Positions 23,817 to 33,371 are shown, numbered from the stretch's first letter. The stretch is DNA of 64,000 nucleotides from Candidatus Saccharimonadota bacterium (GCA_050486305.1 JBJHDA010000002.1:10659-74658); one strand, 5' to 3'. A program made the numbers and translations. Notes: generated from the letters alone by a model not told the origin.

Positions 23817-26390
23817 TCAAGATAGCTGCTTGAATCGCTCAAGTTCTTCGGCGAGTTTGCCTTTTCGTTCTTTTGCTTCCGCTAGCTGCTGTTTTGACTC
23901 TTCAACAAGTTTTTTCGGTGCTTTTTCAGTGTAGCTTTTGCTGCCCAGGCGCTTTTCAAGCGAGCTGATACTTTGGCCAGCCCGCTCAAGACTAGCCTCA
24001 AGCTCGGAGACGTATCGCCGGGCGGTTGCCTGATCGATATCCAGCCAGCAAGCACGGTCGGTTTGGGTAAGGTTCAACCCTTGGCCGTCCGCCACACTTT
24101 TTACGTTGGTGATTTGAGCGAGCCGGGCAACGAGATTCCCCTGCTCTTCTAGAAATGCATCCCCGCTGTGGTAAAGCGTGACATCAGTCTGCAGTTTGAG
24201 TGTGGCCTTGACGTAGCGAATTTCACTAACGATTGCCTTCACTTCCTCGAACGTGGCTGCCTGCTTGGCGTCTGGCTTTTTTACCGTTGGCCAAGAACTG
24301 GTTATCAGTAGGCTGTCATTTTCCCATGCCAACGTTTGCCAGATCGTTTCGGTAACAAACGGAGCAAAGGGGTGTGCCAGCTTCAGGATCGTCTCTAGGC
24401 AGTAAGCCAGGACATCTTTGTTAAGCTCGGATTTTGTCGCTTCGATATACCAATCCGCAAAGTCGTCCCACACCAGATGGTACAAGTGCTCATAAGCTTC
24501 AGAGAAACGATAAGTGTCTAGATATTCAGTCAGGTTGGAAGCAGATTGATGTAATTTATTCAACATCCAATGGTCGGCTATGCTCGTAGGTTTTGGATGC
24601 TTCTTTGGGGTATAGTCATCGCCGAGCTTATCTTCGGTGTAGCGGGCGATATTCCACAGCTTATTGCAGAAATTACGAGCGTCTTCTATTTTTCTTGGGT
24701 CGTAGCCGCGGTTAACGGCAGGTGTCCGGCCGGCAATCAGACCCATTCGCAGTGCGTCAGATCCGAACTCCTCTATCACTGGAAACGGATCAACGACGTT
24801 GCCGAGTGATTTACTCATTTTGGCGCCGTCTTTTGCCATAACGTAGCCGTGTATATACACCTCCTTGAAAGGTACCTCACCAGTGACATACAAGCCGAGC
24901 ATTATCATTCGCGACACCCATGGATAAAGTATTTCGCCGCCTGTTTCCATTAAGCTGAGCGGGTAAAACTTCTTGAAGTCCTCGCCGTCTGGGTAGTCGA
25001 GAGTTACGTATGGCCAGCTTGAGCTGGAAAACCAAGTATCGAATACGTCTGGGTCGCGAACGTACGTTTTGCCATCTTTCGTAATCGTTTCTTCGCTGAC
25101 TCGCTCGTCAAAAATCCAGTCATCAGGGTTGCTGGCATTTACGAAGGCCGGGATGGGGATGCCCCAGGCGATTTGCCGGGAGATATTCCAGTCCCGCAGC
25201 CCTTTAAGGTAAGCAACTAACTGCTCCCCTTTTGCAGCCGGATAAAAGGTGATAGCGCCGCTGCGGATCGCTTTGATAGCTGTGCTGGCGAGCGGTTTCA
25301 TATCGACAAACCACTGCTCGGTTAACAGGGGCTCAATAACGGTACCGCATTTGTAGCAGTGCCCGACATTGTGGGTGTGTCGTTCAGTTTTTTCTAGTAA
25401 TCCCAGGCTTTTCAGGTCCTCAACTACAGCCTTTCGTGCTTCCTCTACGCTGAGGCCGCGGTATGCATCCGGCGCTTCATGTGTCATCTTGCCGTCGTGG
25501 CCAATAACACTAATCATTGGCAAATCATGGCGTTGTCCGGCCTCAAAGTCGTTTTGGTCATGAGCAGGGGTTAATTTAACCGCACCGGTCCCAAACTCCA
25601 TGTCTACAAAATCGTCGGCTATGATTGGTATTTCACGATTCGTCAGGGGTAGCTTCACGGTTTTTCCGACAAAATCTTTATAACGGCTGTCGCTCGGATG
25701 CACCGTTACGGCCGTGTCGCCGAGCATTGTTTCCGGCCGGGTGGTTGCGACAGTAATGCTGCTGCTGCCATCTGTGAGCGGGTATTTGATGTGCCATATA
25801 GTCCCCTGCTCTTCTTTGTGCTCTACCTCGATATCGGCAAAGCCCGTACCGTGGAAGGTGCAGTAGTTTACCAGCCGTTCACCCCTGTAAATCAAGCCAT
25901 CGTCCCAAAGCTTTTTGAACGTTTTAAACGCTTGGGTTACGACTTTTTTATCTAAGGTAAAGGTAAACCTCGTCCAATCACAGCTAATACCGAAAGACCG
26001 GAACTGCTGCTCATAATTCGTACGGTTTTTGGCAACGAACTCCCAGATATTTTCGTACAGCTCTTCCCGGGTAAAGTCAAACCGGCTCTTCCCTTCTTTC
26101 GCCAGGTGTTTTTCGTAGACGGACTGTGTTTCAAAACCGGCGTGATCCGCCCCTGGCAGCAGGAGTGTCTCCTTCCCCTTCATACGGTGATAGCGAGCAG
26201 GGATATCCTCTAGTGCTGCCGTTAAAGCGTAGCCGATATGCAAGTTGGCGTTGGCATTCGGTGGCGGCATAACAATACTGTATGTTTCCTTCGCGCCTCT
26301 TGCTTTTGGCTCAAATGCACCCGATTTTTCCCAGAGCTTATAGATATCTCCTTCATATAACTTCGGTTCATAGACTTTCGGTAGTTTCAT
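23817..26390 (-). CDS. valS: Valine--tRNA ligase
   Basis: Class I motifs PPPNANANLHIGYAL (HIGH) and KMSKSLGN. 857 aa with C-terminal coiled-coil tail (KQQLAEAKERKGKLAEELERFKQLS), typical of ValRS. Confidence 0.85.
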   Translation of the reverse strand: MKLPKVYEPKLYEGDIYKLWEKSGAFEPKARGAKETYSIVMPPPNANANLHIGYALTAALEDIPARYHRMKGKETLLLPGADHAGFETQSVYEKHLAKEGKSRFDFTREELYENIWEFVAKNRTNYEQQFRSFGISCDWTRFTFTLDKKVVTQAFKTFKKLWDDGLIYRGERLVNYCTFHGTGFADIEVEHKEEQGTIWHIKYPLTDGSSSITVATTRPETMLGDTAVTVHPSDSRYKDFVGKTVKLPLTNREIPIIADDFVDMEFGTGAVKLTPAHDQNDFEAGQRHDLPMISVIGHDGKMTHEAPDAYRGLSVEEARKAVVEDLKSLGLLEKTERHTHNVGHCYKCGTVIEPLLTEQWFVDMKPLASTAIKAIRSGAITFYPAAKGEQLVAYLKGLRDWNISRQIAWGIPIPAFVNASNPDDWIFDERVSEETITKDGKTYVRDPDVFDTWFSSSSWPYVTLDYPDGEDFKKFYPLSLMETGGEILYPWVSRMIMLGLYVTGEVPFKEVYIHGYVMAKDGAKMSKSLGNVVDPFPVIEEFGSDALRMGLIAGRTPAVNRGYDPRKIEDARNFCNKLWNIARYTEDKLGDDYTPKKHPKPTSIADHWMLNKLHQSASNLTEYLDTYRFSEAYEHLYHLVWDDFADWYIEATKSELNKDVLAYCLETILKLAHPFAPFVTETIWQTLAWENDSLLITSSWPTVKKPDAKQAATFEEVKAIVSEIRYVKATLKLQTDVTLYHSGDAFLEEQGNLVARLAQITNVKSVADGQGLNLTQTDRACWLDIDQATARRYVSELEASLERAGQSISSLEKRLGSKSYTEKAPKKLVEESKQQLAEAKERKGKLAEELERFKQLS

Positions 26391-26714
26391 GTCTCTTAGG
26401 TGTGCCCCATCTTTACAATCATTTATAAATGGCAGAGGTTGCTGCTCTCGCGGTAACGCTTATCTGTGCGTCTTGTAACCCCTGTATATCTTACGTAGCT
26501 TATCATATCGTCATCTGTTACGAAAGCGAGAAACATGTTGCAATTTCACGTGAAAAATAGACAAACTACCTCAAAGGTTTTCACATGAAACCCTCTCAAA
26601 TAGATTGTCTATACTGGTCTGTTTCCAAAGTACCGTCTGGTTGGTGAGCCAGACATTTCCAGTCGTTTTTATTTTCACCTATAACCATAACAAGGAATAA
26701 AACAGAGGTCAATA

Positions 26715-26754
26715 TTGACACGAATTGAATAATATGTTACATTATGTTACAATG
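26715..26754 (+). promoter_or_regulatory. Promoter of leaderless type: TTGACA-17-TACATT, with the ATG 8 nt downstream
   Basis: TTGACA at 26715-26720. TACATT at 26738-26743. In-frame ATG at 26752. Confidence 0.4.
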
Positions 26755-27249
26755 GGTGAAATGTACCTAAATACAGAAAATAGGTCCGGACAGGCTTTTA
26801 TTGAGGTTCACGGCCGGCAATCTCAGCTGGCTCTTGAGGCATATGGCAGTGAGCAGCTTGATGCGCCGCCAGCGGGTGAGCGAGTTGTAATAATGCAGTC
26901 CCGGACGCAACGGCACCCCGACATCTACGTTCCTGATAAGGGGGTTACTCCGATTTACCACGGGCTACAAACAGTTATTGAAAAATTGAATGATAATCAT
27001 ATCGAAGGAGAGCAGTTTTATATTGCACTTGCGTGCCAACTTCGTTTTAATCCAGTGATGATAGGGCTGTTTCAACAGACAACAAGGCGAATGATTGAAA
27101 AATCAATTCATGATACGCAACGCGGATTCCTAAAAATAGTTTCAGAAGACGGTGGTGAGAGATTGCCGCATTCGGCCAATCTACTGGATAAGCAGGTAAA
27201 TCACTACCGGAACAATCAACACACCAGAGAGCTCGGTCAAGCTACATAG
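26752..27249 (+). CDS. Hypothetical protein
   Basis: Track ORF 26725..27249 begins inside the promoter. The in-frame ATG at 26752 (MGEMYLN) is the likelier start. Confidence 0.35.
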   Translation: MGEMYLNTENRSGQAFIEVHGRQSQLALEAYGSEQLDAPPAGERVVIMQSRTQRHPDIYVPDKGVTPIYHGLQTVIEKLNDNHIEGEQFYIALACQLRFNPVMIGLFQQTTRRMIEKSIHDTQRGFLKIVSEDGGERLPHSANLLDKQVNHYRNNQHTRELGQAT

Positions 27250-28312
27250 AGAGATTTGGCTTGATGGTAAGCGTGCGCGGATCTGCTGTCGGCTGATCGA
27301 GCAGTGCATGATAGCAACCGAGTGCCGCAACCATGGCTCCGTTGTCGGTCATTAGTTTTATATCCTGGTAATTGATGGGTAAGGGGAGGCGCTCAGCCAG
27401 CTGGCGGCGGAGCTCCTGGTTCGCTGCAACGCCACCACCGATGACGACGCTTTTTGGTTGATATGCTTCATAAGCTTGGATGGTCTTATCCACGATGGTT
27501 TCAACTGCCACACGCTGAAAGCTGGCGGCGATGTTTGCTTTCTGCGTTTCTGAGAGGCGCTCAGCGACCTGATGAGAGGGAAAGTCGTGGCTTTCCCCGA
27601 TTTCTTGCTGGGCAAGCCGTAAAACGGCTGTCTTAAGCCCGCTGAATGAAAACTCGTAATCGTGTGGCAGCTTGGCCTTTGGTAATGTATAGGCGAATGG
27701 ATCGCCGGACTGAGCTTTTTTACTGATGCTGGGGCCGCCGGGGTAGGGGAGACCGATAATTTTGGCGACCTTATCGAACGCTTCGCCGATGGCATCATCT
27801 CTGGTCTGCCCAAGCAAGGTGTAGTCAAAATGGTCCCGCCAGAGCGCGAGCTGACTGTGACCGCCGCTGATAATTACCCCAAGCATCGGAAACTGCGGGC
27901 TGGTCGAGGAGAGCTGATAATGAGCTGCTAATGATGAAGTGGAATTGGTCAAGAAGTTTGCGTAGATGTGCGCCTCGACGTGATTGATTGCGTAGAGTGG
28001 TTTCTTTTTTGTAATTGCGAGGGTACGGGCCGTCATGACGCCGACGAGCAGTGAGCCCCCCAGGCCGGCGCCATAAGTTACCGCTATGCCGTCGATATCT
28101 TCCCACGTGCAGTTCGCATCCGTGAGAGCTTGCTGAATAACAGGAGTAATCGATTCGATATGGCTCCGTGCGGCTATTTCCGGCACCACGCCACCGAACG
28201 CAATGTGTTGGTCCATGCTGGATAAGACAGCATTGGACAAAAGCTTATTGCCGTCTTCTACAATGCCACAGGCTGTCTCGTCGCAACTGGTCTCGATCCC
28301 AAGTATTTTCAC
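27242..28312 (-). CDS. tsaD: tRNA N6-adenosine threonylcarbamoyltransferase TsaD (Kae1/Gcp family)
   Basis: MKILGIETSCDETACGIVEDG...GGVVPEIAARSHIE...GGVAAN. Confidence 0.85.
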   Translation of the reverse strand: MKILGIETSCDETACGIVEDGNKLLSNAVLSSMDQHIAFGGVVPEIAARSHIESITPVIQQALTDANCTWEDIDGIAVTYGAGLGGSLLVGVMTARTLAITKKKPLYAINHVEAHIYANFLTNSTSSLAAHYQLSSTSPQFPMLGVIISGGHSQLALWRDHFDYTLLGQTRDDAIGEAFDKVAKIIGLPYPGGPSISKKAQSGDPFAYTLPKAKLPHDYEFSFSGLKTAVLRLAQQEIGESHDFPSHQVAERLSETQKANIAASFQRVAVETIVDKTIQAYEAYQPKSVVIGGGVAANQELRRQLAERLPLPINYQDIKLMTDNGAMVAALGCYHALLDQPTADPRTLTIKPNLSM

Positions 28313-28379
28313 GTGGTAATCATAGCACAGCAGAAAGAATAAGTTGCAATCATAAGCATATTATAGTATAATAAGAAAT

Positions 28380-28874
28380 ATGTCTGAATTTAACACACCA
28401 ACACCAGAACACTCAAAACAGCACAACCTTGAAGCCTTTCAGGCGGTAAGGGAGGTTGACCCAGCTGTGTATGATATCGCAGAGCTTGCCGCTAAGGTCG
28501 AGCCGTTCCATGGTGCAACCCAAAACGTCGCTTCGATACTAGATGACAAGGGTCACCGGATGTGCGATGTGCAAGCCAGCGGCGAATTGTTCGTCAGGGG
28601 AGATCCAAAAAAGTCCGCCAGCGTTGAGCTTCGCTCGTACCATGGAGGTGAGCCAGAGCATTCGGTTTATTTATTTGCAGATAATCTCGAAGTTCCACTG
28701 AAAGACCGTACCGTTACCGGCATGGCTGCCTGCGAGGTTATGGCTGATGGCCGAAAAGGCGTCAAGTTGGTGCACAAGCAAGCTGGCGAGTTTGAGCTTT
28801 CTCCAGAAGACGAAACGATGGTTCGGCTCAGTATGCTCAAGCATTTCAATGCTGCGCTTCTTTCTATGGATTAG
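28380..28874 (+). CDS. Hypothetical protein
   Basis: ORF track; no recognisable motif. Confidence 0.35.
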   Translation: MSEFNTPTPEHSKQHNLEAFQAVREVDPAVYDIAELAAKVEPFHGATQNVASILDDKGHRMCDVQASGELFVRGDPKKSASVELRSYHGGEPEHSVYLFADNLEVPLKDRTVTGMAACEVMADGRKGVKLVHKQAGEFELSPEDETMVRLSMLKHFNAALLSMD

Positions 28875-28928
28875 GTATTGCAAATAGTCTGCTGTGTGAC
28901 TATAGGTGGTATGCGGTAAAATAGGGGC

Positions 28929-30203
28929 ATGAACCCGAAGAAATTTGCCCGTAAAGTACTGCCGTCAGCCGGAGTGAAAACCGCCGAGGAAACGTATCGG
29001 AAGGGTCGGATAAAGGCGCTTCAGCTGCGTTACGGCTACCCAGCACGCGACTTGCAGATAATTGCGGTGACGGGTACCAATGGCAAAACTACGACCTGCA
29101 TGATGATAAACGCCATGCTTAAATCCGCTGGCTATAAAACAGCGATGTTCACCACGGCAGCGGTTGAGGTCGCCGGCAAGAGAGACATCAATACAAGACA
29201 CACGACCGTACCCGTTACGGCCGATTTATTACGATTTTTTACCGAGGCAAAAGACCAGCAGGTCGACTACGTTGTTTTAGAGGTTACGAGCCATGCATTG
29301 CACCAACACAAAGTCTTGAATATACCCATTGAGGTGGCGGTTCTGACGAATCTTTCGCAAGATCACCTCGACTATCACGGCACCATGGAAGAGTATGCTG
29401 CCATGAAGGCGAGGTTGTTTAATTCGTATTTAAGTCCGATGTATTGCGTGTTGAATCATGATGATCCGAAGTACGGTTTTTTTGAAAAGCAAAGCGTTGG
29501 CTTGGTGCGCAGCTATGGCACGAAGCGGGGAAGCGATCTTGTGATAAGTAATGTTCGGCCAACAAATGAAGGGAGTAGTTTTTCTTTATCTGAGGACGGG
29601 CAGAAAGTGTCGGTTAATCTGCCGATGATGGGGGCGTTTAACGTTGCGAACGCCGCTGCGGCTGCGGCTGCCGGAACAGTGCTCGGGCTTAGCCTAAAAG
29701 CAATCGCCAAAGGGTTGGCTGCTGTCGAGCCGGTGCCGGGCAGAATGGAGCGAGTGGAAGCAGGGCAGCCGTTTACGATTCTGGTTGATTATGCAGTAAC
29801 TCCGGATGCGCTGCAGCAAGCGTTGAGCTCGCTCAAAGAGCGGAGTAGCGGCAAAATTCACCTTGTGTTCGGCGCTACAGGTGATCGGGATAAAGCAAAG
29901 CGCCCGCAGATGGGGGAAATTGCTGCAGAATACGCTGACAAAATTTACCTGACCGACGATGAAACGTATACGGAAGACCCGGCCAGCATACGAAAAATGG
30001 TCATGAAGGGAATAAGAAAGGCTAGAGGAGCTAGTAAAACCAAAGAAATGGCCGATAGAAAAAAGGCGATAGAAGCGGCACTAAAGGCGGCAAAAAAAGG
30101 CGATATCGTCTACTGCACCGGTATCGGCCACCAGGATTCTCGCAACATGAGCGGCAAGCTAGTACCATGGAACGAAACAGAAGTCATTAAAGAGCTACTG
30201 TAA
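28929..30203 (+). CDS. Mur-ligase family protein, MurE-like (UDP-N-acetylmuramoyl-tripeptide synthetase-like) but lacking the usual N-terminal UDP-binding domain
   Basis: P-loop IAVTGTNGKTTT sits at residue ~45 (versus ~110 in MurE). Middle-domain motif LEVTSHAL...LTNLSQDHLDYHGTMEEYAAMKARLF. C-terminal motif FGATGDRDKAKRPQMGEIAAEYADKIYLTDDETYTEDP. It lies outside any dcw-type cluster. Confidence 0.55.
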   Translation: MNPKKFARKVLPSAGVKTAEETYRKGRIKALQLRYGYPARDLQIIAVTGTNGKTTTCMMINAMLKSAGYKTAMFTTAAVEVAGKRDINTRHTTVPVTADLLRFFTEAKDQQVDYVVLEVTSHALHQHKVLNIPIEVAVLTNLSQDHLDYHGTMEEYAAMKARLFNSYLSPMYCVLNHDDPKYGFFEKQSVGLVRSYGTKRGSDLVISNVRPTNEGSSFSLSEDGQKVSVNLPMMGAFNVANAAAAAAAGTVLGLSLKAIAKGLAAVEPVPGRMERVEAGQPFTILVDYAVTPDALQQALSSLKERSSGKIHLVFGATGDRDKAKRPQMGEIAAEYADKIYLTDDETYTEDPASIRKMVMKGIRKARGASKTKEMADRKKAIEAALKAAKKGDIVYCTGIGHQDSRNMSGKLVPWNETEVIKELL

Positions 30204-30267
30204 CGGAGACAAATACTTTACAAACCAGCAATAATATTATACAATACAAAGATATAGTGGAATTATT

Positions 30268-30969
30268 ATGAGAGAAATAACATCTATAGAGCGACCCGAC
30301 GGCGCAACATGGCGGTCATTCGAAACGGACTCCTGCGAAGTTTTGTTAACGAGTCGCGGTGCTGAACTAGTTGATTCAACCCCTGATATTGAACGGGTCA
30401 TTTCTCTCTATATGCGTAAAGCATTAGGCAAGACAATGCTTGCGGGCGGCGGTATTCGTACGTTTTTTGCCGAAGGATCGAATTCAAAAATCTATACAGT
30501 ATCTGACGATATTTTGATGAAAGAGACGAGGGGCCATTCCATGCAGGCAATGCTAGAGCGCATGGATGTTATTGACTATGTGATTGATGCAGGAAACGTA
30601 CCGAGATGGATCGATATGCCCGATCATTATGGAATAATCATACCGAAGCACGATGATATGCAGTACGTTATGATGCAGCGGATAGACGGTGGCGTAAACG
30701 TCGATCACATTTTGAACCCTGATGAGTCGAGCGAGCTCGAACGGAGGGGTGTATTGTCTGAGTTTGGCGGGGAGATTACGGCGCAAACACAAAATGAGGT
30801 ACGGCAACGTTACGCCGACTGTGAGAAGATATTGCATCAGGCTATCGCAGAAGAAGATCTTATTCCGAGCGACCTCTTGAGTGACTGGCATCCTGGAAAT
30901 GTACTAGTTGAAAGGCTTCATACGCCTATCGCTAGAAGCCCATACAAGATGTGGGTCATTGACCAGTAG
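30268..30969 (+). CDS. Minimal protein-kinase-like fold protein (Kdo-kinase/RIO-like)
   Basis: Catalytic-loop-like DWHPGNVLV and C-terminal metal-binding-like WVIDQ. A candidate beta3 lysine lies in KIYTVSDDILMKE. 233 aa. Confidence 0.35.
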   Translation: MREITSIERPDGATWRSFETDSCEVLLTSRGAELVDSTPDIERVISLYMRKALGKTMLAGGGIRTFFAEGSNSKIYTVSDDILMKETRGHSMQAMLERMDVIDYVIDAGNVPRWIDMPDHYGIIIPKHDDMQYVMMQRIDGGVNVDHILNPDESSELERRGVLSEFGGEITAQTQNEVRQRYADCEKILHQAIAEEDLIPSDLLSDWHPGNVLVERLHTPIARSPYKMWVIDQ

Positions 30970-31036
30970 CCCGACAGCACATTATTAAATTCAACAAGTA
31001 AATAACAGAAAAAATAATTGTAAAAATAGCAAAAAT

Positions 31037-31846
31037 ATGCTATTATATTCACCTATGGGAAGCTATTCCGACAGGCCTGGCGGCAACAGGCACATTTCCT
31101 CTTCAGAATCTGACCCAAGTCAGATGGAGTTTTTAATTTCGCCGGAAATTGACCCCAAGATTGAACATTACGCGCTAGGCGCAAAGGATGTATTTGATTT
31201 TGCTGAAACGCTGAAGCAATTTAATTATCGTAAAACTGATAGTCAGTTCGACATATCGAATACCGAATTATTCGGCACAGAAGCAATTGATGTAGTGAAC
31301 CGCGACACGAAAAAGCGGCTGTACATTACACCCCGCCAAAGCGATCATTCGACAGAGGGCACTTTAACCGAATTATTCGGGTACAACGCAATCCTGCAAC
31401 GAGTCGGTACTTATGCAGGAAAATTTGACGCATATGATGTTCCGCGTGGTTCGCGCTCCCTTTATAAAACTTTACGAAGCGGCCCGTATGAGCGAGAGTA
31501 CATGGAATTTTTGACAGGAAAGGCCGTTCGATTCGTTGCCCTGCTTCGTTCCATGGATCCAGAAACTTTTGGCGTAGATATAAAAAACCTTGCCTTAACT
31601 CATAACGGTCAAGATACTGATGACGACGATGTTTATCTTACTGTGGTGCCACCCGTCCGTGAGCCATCCAGTCCGAAAAGCCTAAAGAGACTCCGTTATC
31701 TCGCTTCGCGGCCGCAAGACGCTCCAGTGAATAGTATTATTGCAGAACTTGAGAGGGGTGCAGCGTCAACGACTGATATAACCCCCGAGCAGGTAATTCT
31801 CCGGCATTTTAAAAAGAAAAATAATTCTGAGGGTGACAATGGCTAA
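31037..31846 (+). CDS. Hypothetical protein
   Basis: ORF track; overlaps the next gene by 14 nt. Confidence 0.35.
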   Translation: MLLYSPMGSYSDRPGGNRHISSSESDPSQMEFLISPEIDPKIEHYALGAKDVFDFAETLKQFNYRKTDSQFDISNTELFGTEAIDVVNRDTKKRLYITPRQSDHSTEGTLTELFGYNAILQRVGTYAGKFDAYDVPRGSRSLYKTLRSGPYEREYMEFLTGKAVRFVALLRSMDPETFGVDIKNLALTHNGQDTDDDDVYLTVVPPVREPSSPKSLKRLRYLASRPQDAPVNSIIAELERGAASTTDITPEQVILRHFKKKNNSEGDNG

Positions 31847-32912
31847 CAACAAGGGCTTCAGCCGTGAACATGATCCAACCCTCCTCTCAAGCGGCAAGCT
31901 CCATGAGCCTGACTTAAGACGTAAACATGACTTATCGATTTATTCCGGTGAAGATGAGCCGAACCAAGACCACATCGATTCTCTTTTAAGCGGCTATCCT
32001 GTTGTTCATGAATCGCATGTTGGGCATATCAGGCGTTCGATGGATGCGGTTACATTAAACAAGATTATCGAAAGCAAACGCTCAGCTCATGGGGTCGGAT
32101 TCGGCAGCTTTCGGCTGATTGGGGGCATTGCAGCCGGCGCTTCAGTAGAAAGACAAAGCATTCCAGTAGCGTTCAAACCGTTTAACGGCCCGGAAAAAGC
32201 ACTCCATGAAATGTATGGTTATGGTGTTTTACGGGCAATGGGAATCGAAACCTTTGACCCAATAGGCGTATTTCCGGCGCGTCACGGCGATCATTTTGTA
32301 CTGGCCTCCCATAAGCGTAATGACCTAATGAGTTTAGACCGAGACCATTGGGTAATCGGCGGCTACGTTAAAGACAGAGAAAGCGCTGAGACCGTCGAGA
32401 GAAATTCCGAGGTAGTAAAAGGAATATCAGAAATGCTGGGCTATCTGCATGTTCATGGTGTTCACCATCCGGACGGGCAAATTAAAAACTGGTCTGTTAC
32501 ACCAGAGGGCGATATAGGTGTTATCGATACTGAAAATCTAATCGCTGGGCAAGCGAATGGCCCTGACGCAGTGAATTTGGCCTGGAATGACATCGAGAAG
32601 CTGGTGAAGTCATTGGTCTTTGCCAATACTGACGAAGAAACCAAGCTTTTTGGGGTTGGAATGTTTGCCGGAATGTCAGTTGAGAGGGTTCGCTCACAAA
32701 TCGAGAGCCTAATAATAAACCCGTACATAAACAGCATTTTTTCCAACTCATTGCACAGTGAGACAAGTAATCCCGATATACTTGATCACGCAGAAGCCCT
32801 CATTTCTGGAGTGCAAAAAACTTTTGACAACAACCCTGATTGGCCAGGCCATATTATTGCTATGCAACATGTGGCACACGAAGTTGTGAAGCAGTCGATA
32901 ATCCGACCATAA
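31833..32912 (+). CDS. Protein-kinase-like fold protein (aminoglycoside/sugar-kinase-like; AmgK-like candidate)
   Basis: Candidate ATP-binding lysine in VAFKPF. HEMYGYGVL resembles the kinase C-helix. Catalytic loop is LHVHGVHHPDGQIKNW (HxDxxxxN). DFG-equivalent is IGVIDTEN. Confidence 0.4.
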   Translation: MTMANNKGFSREHDPTLLSSGKLHEPDLRRKHDLSIYSGEDEPNQDHIDSLLSGYPVVHESHVGHIRRSMDAVTLNKIIESKRSAHGVGFGSFRLIGGIAAGASVERQSIPVAFKPFNGPEKALHEMYGYGVLRAMGIETFDPIGVFPARHGDHFVLASHKRNDLMSLDRDHWVIGGYVKDRESAETVERNSEVVKGISEMLGYLHVHGVHHPDGQIKNWSVTPEGDIGVIDTENLIAGQANGPDAVNLAWNDIEKLVKSLVFANTDEETKLFGVGMFAGMSVERVRSQIESLIINPYINSIFSNSLHSETSNPDILDHAEALISGVQKTFDNNPDWPGHIIAMQHVAHEVVKQSIIRP

Positions 32913-32944
32913 CAGCTTTGATCTAGCTGTGAGCGTCGAAGGTC

Positions 32945-32973
32945 TTGACAGGGCGGTTAGCACTCTATTATTA
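32945..32973 (+). promoter_or_regulatory. groES promoter (-35 TTGACA at 32945-32950; -10 TATTAT overlapping first CIRCE)
   Basis: TTGACA at 32945-32950. TATTAT at 32966-32971 lies inside the CIRCE-1 spacer. Confidence 0.5.
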
Positions 32974-32983
32974 TGAGTGCCAA
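32957..32983. promoter_or_regulatory. CIRCE-like operator 1 (HrcA-type inverted repeat)
   Basis: TTAGCACTC-N9-GAGTGCCAA versus consensus TTAGCACTC-N9-GAGTGCTAA. Confidence 0.75.
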
Positions 32984-32987
32984 CGGG

Positions 32988-33014
32988 TTAGCACTTAGTT
33001 TTGGCGAGTGCCAA
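32988..33014. promoter_or_regulatory. CIRCE-like operator 2 (tandem copy)
   Basis: TTAGCACTT-N9-GAGTGCCAA, starting 4 nt after operator 1. Confidence 0.7.
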
Positions 33015-33084
33015 AAATTACTTGCGAGAAGTGCTAACTCGAGCTAAGAAATCGGATAGAACTAAAAATTTTTAGGAGGAACGG

Positions 33085-33351
33085 ATGGCAGCAAACATTC
33101 AGCCGCTTGCGGATTATGTTTTGGCAGAACAGGAAGATGTCGAGACAAAGACAGCCAGTGGTCTATATGTCATGGAGAAATCACAAGAAAAACCGAAGGT
33201 AGCAAAGGTGCTAGCAGTCGGCGCGGACACGAAAACTATAAAAAAAGGTGATCGGGTTATATACAAAGGCTACAGCACGAACGACATCAAAATCGATGGC
33301 AAAGAATACATACTGATTAAAGAAGAAGACCTGCTAGCAACGGTTAAGTAA
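33085..33351 (+). CDS. groES: Co-chaperonin GroES
   Basis: MAANIQPLADYVLAEQ...ASGLYV...KGDRVIYKGYSTNDIKIDGKEYILIKEEDLLATV. Confidence 0.9.
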   Translation: MAANIQPLADYVLAEQEDVETKTASGLYVMEKSQEKPKVAKVLAVGADTKTIKKGDRVIYKGYSTNDIKIDGKEYILIKEEDLLATVK

Positions 33352-33371
33352 TCAAGGAGGAGATTCACGAC

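Noticed and set aside
26391-26714. Possible T-box riboswitch leader upstream of valS (TACCGCG heptamer at ~26445-26455 on the minus strand)
   Set aside because: Only a 7-8 nt fragment of the T-box consensus is present. The UGG needed to pair with the tRNA NCCA end is missing. No Stem-I specifier or terminator with U-tract could be folded, and the lineage is not known for T-boxes.
27358-28106. Two minus-strand ORFs (156 and 93 aa) inside tsaD
   Set aside because: They lie within a well-supported TsaD coding frame, have Arg/Ser-rich junk composition, and are off-frame artefacts.
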